Translations under genes and position numbers: made by a program
Shown here: positions 55,127-64,000 of the stretch, piece by piece
Layout: each line of letters begins with the position of its first letter
Numbering within the stretch: the first letter of the stretch is position 1
Source of the DNA: Octopus vulgaris
Taxonomy: Eukaryota
Direction: 5' to 3'
NCBI GenBank assembly: GCA_951406725.2
Contig: OX597822.1
Location: 97,650,001 to 97,714,000, forward strand
Length of the DNA: 64,000 nucleotides
The notes under the pieces: generated by a model
What the model was told of the DNA's origin: nothing
What the model saw: only the letters and a program-made list of their open reading frames with translations
Database searches by the model: none

Positions 55127-55590
55127 GCCACTCAGGATTGAAAGATCGACTGCTATAAAAACCTCGTTGAGGAATCTGAAAACGCAGGCTGGAAAACAGT
55201 GCATTTTCCAATCGAAGTTGGATGTAGAGGATTTGTTGGAAACATTGTGAGGCGACTGTTGTTGTTGTTGTTGCTAGGCCTAGCTCATCATAGAACAAAT
55301 ACCACTATGAGTGATGTCCAGACTACAGTGGAGAAGGTGAGCCACTAGATTTGGTTAAAAAAGAGACTATGAGCAAGAAAGAATATTGAGCGAAACCTAA
55401 TAACCAGTTGGTCTAGTAAGCAGGGCTTCATTTCAATGAGGGTGGGTGGTTTGCAAAATGATGCCACCGAGAGGAAGGCCCCAAAATGGCACACATTCTC
55501 TCCTGATGACATCATAAACTTGCCAGCATCTGGTGTGCGGAACTTTCAACTGGTAGCCCTTGTACTTGCAAGTTGTTTGCAATATATATA
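55127..55590 (+). mobile_element. HERO-like non-LTR 3' fragment; the 3' part is re-copied at 57123-57430 and 58967-59275
   Basis: ENAGWKTVHFPIEVGCRGFVG...VEKVSH*IWLK motif. Confidence 0.8.
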
Positions 55591-55651
55591 TATTGCATCT
55601 TCAAGTAGTCTGCAAACAATATTAAAAAATTATAAAACAGTAAGTACTCAC

Positions 55652-55916
55652 GATTTGGACAACAATATTGAAACATGTGGCATCCACTAGGATAACATGG
55701 TTTTGATGTTCTTATGTGTGATAATCCACAGAGTGGAGCACATTTCTCTGAGTTGTCTTCATTTTGTACGCATGCGGTACTTACTTCTCTTTTAGAGATA
55801 TCTCCACATCTATGTCTGCAGGCAGACCATGGAGACATTCCTATGATCATGCACGATGTCTGCACTGGTTGGAAACAGTATAAAGCAATTATCATTAACC
55901 ATAGAATGTTATGCAT
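55652..55916 (-). CDS. Variable first exon V3 (signal peptide + TSP1-like domain, 88 aa + 1 nt)
   Basis: ATG at 55916; open frame to CCPN; donor C|GTGAGT, phase 1 (265 nt). Confidence 0.8.
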
Positions 55917-56494
55917 CCTTTATGAAATAAAGAATTTCTTTTGACCAAATTCGTCTGCACAATTCAATTCTTTAAGTAATAACTTTGAAATCAAAAGTCA
56001 TTCCTTGTTGACTTACCCTCTGCAATGGACAGAATGAAGAGTTTTTCACAAACTGCTTAGAAATATGACAAGGAATGCAGTGAAAATTTTGTTGGTCAGG
56101 AAGTAACAGTTGCTTTAGCCACTAAAGCTCTTTTAATCATAGTGGACCAGATTAATAGATATTTAAAATATATTTTGTTGTGTTTAGATTCAAGAAATTT
56201 ATGTTATCAATGTTATCAACATTTCCTTGATTTATATTACGTGTTATTGCTGTGGTTTTGGTTGAGTAGAGGGTAGAAATGGGTGAAGATGATGACGACG
56301 ACAACGACGATAACGATGATGATGATGACAATAATAACGACGATGATGATGTGAGAGTGTGGGTGGATGGATGGAGGGTGATGCATGGTTGGGTAAGAGG
56401 GTAAGGGGTAAGGTATAGACAGACGGCGCTGTAGAAGTGAATGGCGATCACAATCTAGCTATTGGGTGGAAGGTAATGCAGTGAATGCATTTCA

Positions 56495-56880
56495 GGGTGA
56501 TGTGGTGTACCCCCAGTACAAAGTGGCTGTTTGTTGGTTAGCCCATCAAGAAACTGGATTATCCTCAGTTCCAGTGGCAGCTAGTGGGTTAAACTATTAG
56601 CAGATCGGTATACCTTCAGTACCAGTGGAAGCTAGTGGGTTAACCCATCAATAGGCTAGAGTACCCTCAACATCATTAGCAGCTAGTGGGTTAACCTATC
56701 AACAAACTGAGGTATTATCAGTACATATGGCAGCTAGTGGATTTTACCTATCAATAGACTGTGTTACCCTTAGTATCAGTGACAAATGACGATTTCTCCC
56801 TCAATAGACTAGTTTACCCTATTACTAGTGGCTTAACCCTGCAACAGACTAGTACATCATCAGTACCAGTGGTACCTTGT
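56495..56880. repeat. Degenerate ~41-bp minisatellite upstream of V3 (also ~58355-58740, ~60250-60630, ~49360-49620)
   Basis: Repeated unit approximately gtaccctcagtaccagtggcagctagtgggttaacccatcaacagactg. Confidence 0.8.
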
Positions 56881-57013
56881 AAATGACATGGCTGTGTACT
56901 TGAGAAGCATATTTTCCCAATCATGTGACACTTTGGGCAAGTGTCTTCTATTATAACCCTAAGCTGACCAAAATTCTGTGAGTGGATTTGGTAGATGGAA
57001 ACTAAAAACCCAT

Positions 57014-57084
<71 letters not shown>

Positions 57085-57491
57085 TTTATTTAAAGCAGCA
57101 GAAAATTCAACAAATCCTGTTACTCATCATAGAACAAATACCACTATGAGTGATGTCCAGACTACAGTGGAGAAGGTGAGCCACAAGATTTGGTTAAAAA
57201 AGAGACTATGAGCAAGAAAGAATATTGAGCGAAACCTAATAACCGGTTGGTCTAGTAAGCAGAGCTTCATTTCAATGAGGGTGGGTGGTTTGCAAAATGA
57301 TGCCACTGAGAGGAAGGCCCCAAAATGGCATATATTCTCTCCTGATGACATCATAAACTTGCCAGCATCTGGTATGCGGAGCTTTCAACTTGTAGCCCTT
57401 GTACTTGCAAGTTGTTTGCAATATATATATATATTGCATCTTCAAGTAGTCTGCAAACAATATAAAAAAATATATAACAGTAAGTACTCAC

Positions 57492-57756
57492 GATTTGGAC
57501 AACAATATTGTGATGAATGGCATCCACTAGGATAACATGGTTTTGATGTTCTGGTGTCTGGGATTCTAAAGACTGGAACACCTGTCTGTGAGTTGTATCT
57601 ATATACTGCGCATTTGGCAATTACGTGTCTTTTAGAGATATCTCCACATCTATGTCTGCAGGCAGACCATGGAGACATTCCTGTGATCATGCACGATGTC
57701 TGCACTGGTTGGAAACAGTATAAAGCAATTATCATTAACCGTAGAATGTTATGCAT
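57492..57756 (-). CDS. Variable first exon V2 (signal peptide + TSP1-like domain, 88 aa + 1 nt)
   Basis: ATG at 57756; open frame to CCPN; donor C|GTGAGT, phase 1 (265 nt); paralogous to V1/V3/V5. Confidence 0.8.
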
Positions 57757-58879
57757 CCTTTATGAAATAAAGAATTTCTTTTGACCAAATTCGTCTGCAC
57801 AATTTAATTCTTTAAGTAATTACTTTGAAATCAAAAGTCATTCCTTGTTGACTTACTCTCTGCAATGGACAGAATGAAAAGTTTTTCGCAAACTGCTTAG
57901 AAATATGACAAGGAATGCAGTGAAAATTTTGTTGGTCAGGAAGTAACAGTTGCTTGAGCCACTAAAGCTCTTTTAATCCTAGATGACCAGTATAGTTTGG
58001 ACAATATCCTGATTAATAGTTCTTTAAAAGATATTTTGTTGTGTTTAGATTCAAGAAATTTATGTTATCAATGTTATCGACATTTCCTTGATTTATATTA
58101 CGTGTTATTGCTGTGGTTTTGGTTGAGTAGAGGGTAGAAATGGGTGAAGATGATGACGACGACAACGACGATAATGATGATGATGATGACAATAATAACG
58201 ACGATGATGATGTGAGAGTGTGGGTGGATGGATAGAGGGTGATGCATGGTTGGGTAAGGGGGTAAGGGGTAAGGTATAGACAGACGGCGCTGTAGAAGTG
58301 AATAGCGTTCACAATCTAGCTATTGGGTGGAAGGTAATGCAGTGAATGCATTTCAGGGTGATGTGGTGTACCCCCAGTACAAAGTGGCTGTTTGTTGGTT
58401 AGCCCATCAAGAAACTGAAATATCCTCAGTTCCAGTGGCAGCTAGTGGGTTAAACTATTAGCAGATTGGTGTACCTTCAGTACCAGTGGAAACTAGTGGG
58501 TTAACCCATCAATAGGCTAGAGTACCCTCAACATCATTAGCAGCTAGTGGGTTAACCTATCAACAAACTGAGGTATTATCAGTACATATGGCAGCTAGTG
58601 GATTTACCTATCAATAGACTGTGTTACCCTTAGTATCAGTGACAAATGAGGATTTCTCCTTCAATAGACTAGTTTACCCTATTTCTAGTGGCTTAACCCT
58701 GCAACAGACTGGTACATCATCAGTACCAGTGGTACCTTGTAAATGACATGGCTGTGTACTTGAGAAGCATATTTTCCCAATCATGTGACACTTTGGGCAA
58801 GTGTCTTCTATTATAACCGTAAGCTGACCAAAATTCTGTGAGTGAATTTGGTAGATGGAAACTAAAAACCCATCATGTA

Positions 58880-58928
<49 letters not shown>

Positions 58929-59334
58929 TTTATTTAAAGCAGCAGAAGATTCAACAAATCCTGTTATTCATCATAGAACAAATACCACTATGAGTGATGT
59001 CCAGACTACAGTGGAGAAGGTGAGCCACTAGATTTGGTTAAAAAAGAGACTATGAGCAAGAAAGAATATTGAGTGAAACCTAATAACCGGTTGGTCTAGT
59101 AAGCAGAGCTTCATTTCAATGAGGGTGGGTGGTTTGCACAATGATGCCACCGAGAGGAAGGCCCCAAAATGGCACACATTCTCTCCTGATGACATCATAA
59201 ACTTGCCAGCATCTGGTATGCGGAACTTTCAACTGGTAGCCTTTGTACTTGCAAGTTGTTTGCAATATATATATATTGCATCTTCAAGTAGTCTGCAAAC
59301 AATATAAAAAAAATATATAACAGTAAGTACTCAC

Positions 59335-59632
59335 GATTTGGACAACAATATTGTGATGAGTGACATCCACTAGGATAACATGATTTTGATGTTCTGGTGT
59401 CTGTGATTCCACAGACTGGAGCACATTTCTGTAAGTTGTCTTTATGATGTGTGCATATGGCAGCTACTTGTCTTTTAGAGATATCTCCACATCTATGTCT
59501 GCAGGCAGACCATGGAGTTATGTTTTTGGCTAGGCATTTGTTTGGAGATTTTTTTTTATTCCAAAGCCACCATGTCTGCACTGGTTGGAAACAGTATAAA
59601 GCAATTATCATTAACCATAGAATGTTATGCAT
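59335..59632 (-). CDS. Variable first exon V1 (signal peptide + TSP1-like Cys-rich domain, 99 aa + 1 nt)
   Basis: ATG at 59632. Hydrophobic N-terminus MHNILWLMIIALYCFQPVQT, then C-x7-WSACRHRCG...CYPSGCHSSQYCCPN. Donor AAT C|GTGAGT at 59335/59334, phase 1 (298 nt). Confidence 0.85.
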
Positions 59633-60800
59633 CGTTTATGAAATAAAGAATTTCTTTTGACCAAATTCGTCTGCACAATTTAATTCTTTAAGTAATTACT
59701 TTGAAATCAAAAGTCATTCCTTGTTGACTTAACTGCTGCAATGGACAGAATGAAGAGTTTTTCACAAACTGCTTAGAAATATGACAAGGAATGCAGTGAA
59801 AATTTTGTTGGTCAGGAATTAACAGTTGCTTGAGCCACTAAAGCTCTTTTAATCATAGTGGACCAATATAGTTTGGACAATATCCAGATTAATAGATATT
59901 TAAAAGATATTTTGTTGTGTTTAGATTCAAGAAATTTATGTTATCAATGTTATCGACATTTCTTTGATTTATATTACTTGTTGTTATTGCTGTGGTGTTG
60001 GTTGAGTAGAGGGTAGAAATGGGTGAAGATGATGACAATGACAAAGACGATAATGATGATGATGATGATGACAATAATGACGACGATCATGACGATGATG
60101 ATGTGTGAGTGTGGGTGGATGGATGGAGGGTGATGCATGGGTGGGTAAGGGGGTAAGGGGTAAGGTATAGACAGACGGCGCTGTAGAAGTGAATGGCGAT
60201 CACAATCTAGCTATTGGGTGGAAGGTAATGCAGTGAATACATTTCAGGGTGATGTGGTGTACCCCAAGTACAAAGTGGCTGTTTGTTGGTTAGCCCATCA
60301 AGAAACTGGATTATCCTCAGTTCCAGTGGCAGCTAGTGGGTTAAACTATTAGCAGATTGGTATACCTTCAGTACCAGTGGAAACTAGTGGGTTAACCCAT
60401 CAATAGGCTAGAGTACCCTCAACACCATTAGCAGCTAGTGGGTTAACCTATCAACAAACTGAAGTATTATCAGTACATATGGCAGCTAGTGGATTTACCT
60501 ATCAATAGACTGTGTTACCCTTAGTATCAGTGACAAATGATGATTTCTCCTTCAATAGACTAGTTTACCCTATTACTAGTGGCTTAACCCTGCAACAGAC
60601 TGGTACATCATCAGTACCAGTGATACCTTGTAAATGACATGGCTGTGTACTTGAGAAGCATATTTTCCCAATCATGTGACACTTTGGGCAAGTGTCTTCT
60701 ATTATAACCGTAAGCTGACCAAAATTCTGTGAGTGAATTTGGTAGATGGAAACTAAAAACCCATTATGTATATATGTATATATATATATATATATATATA

Positions 60801-61110
60801 CTTTATTTAAAGCAGCAGAAAATTCAACAAAACCTGTTACTCTGAGTTTCACGTTGCCATTTGTCGGACAGTTTTTGCTAGAATAGTTTTGCTATTCTAG
60901 TAAAAACTGTCCGATGAACGGCAACTTGAAACTCAGAGTAACAGGTTTTGTTATTCTAGCAAAAAACTGTCCGACGAATGGCAACGTGAAACTCAGAGTA
61001 ACAGGTTTTGTTGAATTTTGTGCTGCTTTAAATAAAGCATATTACTCTACCACTGGTATTTGAGAATATCTTTTTTCCACCTTGTTTCACATCTATGTGT
61101 TTACTCCAGT
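60801..61110. repeat. Palindromic element with a partly duplicated right arm; related pieces at 3414-3532 and 14568-14650
   Basis: ctttatttaaagcagcagaaaattcaacaaaacctgttactctgagtttc... is mirrored by ...gaaactcagagtaacaggttttgttgaattttgtgctgctttaaataaag. Confidence 0.85.
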
Positions 61111-61137
61111 ATATATATATATATATATATATATATA

Positions 61138-62884
61138 CAAGCAGAGATACCCGGCTTTGCCCGTATGGCATGCAATTGAAGAATTAGTCTTTTCTTTTGT
61201 ATTTTCTCAGAACTGGAATACATATGATTTGAATTTCATTAAAATTGCAGATTAATAGTTTTAATGAAGGTTCTTTCTCTCTTTACACACCCTAACAAAA
61301 ATTCTAATCATAACATATTTATCCCATACTACTCACCTTTATGCCCAGATTCCAAAATCCAAATCTTATGAAACCTATTCAAAGGTTTTTCCTCCTGAAA
61401 AATGGAGCACATGGAGCTTTAAAACGTATGAGTTAAGGCTCATTTTGGGGCGGAGGTCTTAAAGTCAACCAGAGAAGTTGAATTGTTGGGAATCTTTTTT
61501 AACTTAGGTCTTATATCTATTGTTCAAATTTCTTTGAAATCAGAAATATATGAATGTTCACTGGTTTTGTAAAAGAGAGTAAAGCTACAGGAAACCCAAA
61601 GACAAATGATCACAATAAGCAGTCAGCTATTCTATCCTAGTAATTACCACCCCTCAATGTAGGATTCCTCACCATACAGGAGACAGGCACAGCTGTAAGA
61701 TGCATTACGTATCTACAGCAATTGGAAAAGTATGACCCAACTCAAATAAACTTTAACAACTGTGTGACGTGAGGGCTAAGGAGAAATGAAAATGTCACCT
61801 CTGGAGTTTGTCAATGATCACTATACTCATAAGTAACTGGGCAGAATAAATTTGCAATCTATAAATTTCTTTGAATGGCCAGTCACTTATCTGGGAAGGG
61901 CTTGAAATCAATGTTACCATCTGGGGACTATCTCTGACCCAATGATAATAAAAAGACTCAAAGGAGGTCTGCAACTCAAAAAACACTTTGCAACTGAATC
62001 AGTGGAGGCAGAGATGCCTCTCCTTTACTTGACAATTTATGCACCACATTACAGAAATCACAATCTAAGTATATCTCAAAGCAAAGTCTTTCACTGTCGT
62101 ACCATTGAATTACAAATAACGCTCATCTTGTATGCTTGGGTGACTCTACAGCTTCCAAGAGTACAATTGTATTTGTCTTGGCTTAGGAAAAAAATGACTA
62201 AATTGTAGGGGTTAAGCCCCCATTAAGCAGTCTTACTAATGCCTAAGAAGTTGAAATTTTAGAAATATTTCTTCATTTGTGTCTAATATCTATGGTTAAA
62301 ATTTCATCAACAGCAAAAATATATGAATTTTCATGGGGGTTATGGCCTCATTTATGCCCCCTCACTTTCAAACATATACTGCATTACATCTGTCCTTATG
62401 CACAGAATATAATTTTAAAATTTCATAAAGATCCATTCAGTACTTTTGACCTAGTTTTGAATCATAAAAGAAATGACTAAAATTTGGGAGTTAAGGCCCC
62501 CATTGGGGAGTCTTAGAATCTTCATGAGGAGCGGAAACTTTGGGAGTACTTCTTGGGAATACTTCTTGATGTGTGTCAATTACCTATGGTTGAAATTTCA
62601 TCGACATTGGAAATTTATGAATTTTCATGGGGGTTCTGCCCCCTTTAAGCCACCTCAAATTCAAACCAAACATACTGCATTATACCCGCATTGAATCTAA
62701 GTTCCAAATATCATAAGGATCCATTCAGTAATTTTGGTCCATGAAATTGTATGAAACATACAGCATCACCCTTCTCCCTAGGCTTGGATTTTGTGTTCCA
62801 AATTTCATTAGGATTGGTCAGTAGTCTTTGAATCTATAAGTAACACACGAACACACACAAAGACATTGACTTTTATATAATAGA
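61138..62884 (-). mobile_element. Degenerate non-autonomous Helitron
   Basis: Same terminal architecture as 2156-2558 (TCTATTATATAAAAGTC start; GGGCAAAGCCGGG and CTTG end). Confidence 0.6.
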
Positions 62885-63109
62885 TATAAATATGCACATA
62901 TACATACATGTATATATGAGTGTGTGTGTGTTTGTGTGTGTGTATTATATATACACAGAAAGATAGTAGTTTTTTTTTTGATAAGCCTGGTAATTATTCT
63001 ATCAGACTCTTCTTGTCAAACCAGTAAGATATGAGGATGTAAATAAGCCAACAGCAGTTGTCAAGCAGTGATGAGGGAGAAACACAGACACAAAGACACA
63101 CACATACAC

Positions 63110-63173
<64 letters not shown>

Positions 63174-63334
63174 GATTGATTTCTTTCAGTCTCTGTCTAT
63201 GAAATCCACTCACAAGGCTTTGGTTGGTCTGAGGCTATAGCATAAGACACATGCCAAGTTACCACATGGTGGGACTGAACCCAGGACCATGTGTTTTGGA
63301 ACTAAGTTACTTACCACACAGCCATACCTGCACC

Positions 63335-63391
<57 letters not shown>

Positions 63392-63913
63392 CATCATCAT
63401 CGTCATCATCATTTAGCGTCCGCTTTCCATGCTGGCATGGGTTGGACGGTTCAACTGGGGTCTGGGAAGCCAGAAGGCTGCACCAGGCCCAGTCTGATCT
63501 GGCAATGTTTCTACAGCTCGAATCCCTTCCTAACGCCAACCACTCCATGAGTGTGGTGGGTGCTTTTTATGTGCCAGACGAGGCTGGTAAACGGCCATGA
63601 TCGGATGGTGCTTTTTACGTGCCACTGGCACAGAGGCCAGGCAAGGCTGGCAATGGCCACGATCGGACGGTGCTTTTTACATGCCACCGGCACGGAGGCC
63701 AGCCAAGGCTGGCAATGGCCACGATTGGATGGTGCTTTTTACATGTCACTGGCACGGAGGCAGTTGGGGTGGTGCTGGCAATGGCCATGTTCGGATGGTT
63801 CTCTTATGTGCCACCGGCAATGGTATCACAGCTACGATTTCCATTGTTGTTGATCGATGTACATATGTGTATATATATATAAATATATGGATGCATGTAT
63901 ATATGTGTATATA

Positions 63914-64000
63914 TTGGGTTGTCCGGAAAGTTTGTGCCAATTTTTAAAGGAAAGAAAAAGGTCAATAAATACTTGCCATTACATTTTTAGTCAACCAAAA
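63914..64000. mobile_element. Probable mariner-type TIR at the window edge
   Basis: TA|TTGGGTTGTCCGGAAAGTT resembles a mariner TIR start; the partner end is outside the window. Confidence 0.4.

Larger units (their letters stand above)
55284..60842. repeat. Tandem segmental triplication, units 55284-57122, 57123-58966, 58967-60842, each carrying one V exon with its upstream region
   Basis: Long near-identical blocks at offsets of about 1840 nt; junctions read gttactc|atcatagaac (gttattc in the second). Confidence 0.95.

Noticed and set aside
55512-59632. V ORFs as stand-alone single-exon toxin or defensin-like genes (104-145 aa in the ORF track)
   Set aside because: Coding similarity to V5 collapses just after a conserved GTGAGT donor following CCPN. 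The tails differ in frame and length and run into a LINE relic. Short read-through products cannot be fully excluded without RNA data.
55284-60842. Triplication as a pure haplotype or assembly artefact
   Set aside because: There are three distinct copies with private substitutions, indels and strongly divergent exons, plus an older fourth paralog. This is more than two alleles can explain, though read-level confirmation is still advisable.

Overview
AT-rich, repeat-dense eukaryotic DNA. The SINE/LINE repertoire and microsatellite load suggest an octopus or other coleoid cephalopod (inference). One large minus-strand gene runs through the window. I reconstructed 11 'constant' coding exons by hand (39647 down to 1789). 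All have GT-AG boundaries and mutually compatible phases, and the gene continues off the left edge. They encode Cys-rich/EGF-like modules followed by many FN3/Ig-like 'D-x-x-PP...W-x-GF-x-D-x-ES' repeats, giving at least about 1,940 aa with exon 1. The main finding is at the 5' end: four intact paralogous first exons (59632-59335, 57756-57492, 55916-55652, 48611-48311) plus one dead fragment (about 55085-55126). Each has its own ATG, a signal peptide, a TSP1-like Cys-rich domain and an identical phase-1 donor (AAT C|GTGAGT) that fits the single shared exon 2. Three of them lie in a recent ~1.85-kb tandem triplication. Two of these differ at about 3% of sites in a 200-nt upstream flank but at 20 of 25 residues in a central loop. 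This looks like a variable-first-exon/constant-region system with a hypervariable N-terminal domain; no transcript data were available to confirm the splicing. Introns hold RTE, R4/Dong, HERO, CR1, L1/Tx1, Penelope and Ty3/gypsy relics, mariners, Helitrons, MITEs, tRNA-SINEs, a 5S-rRNA/RTE chimera and several long hairpins.
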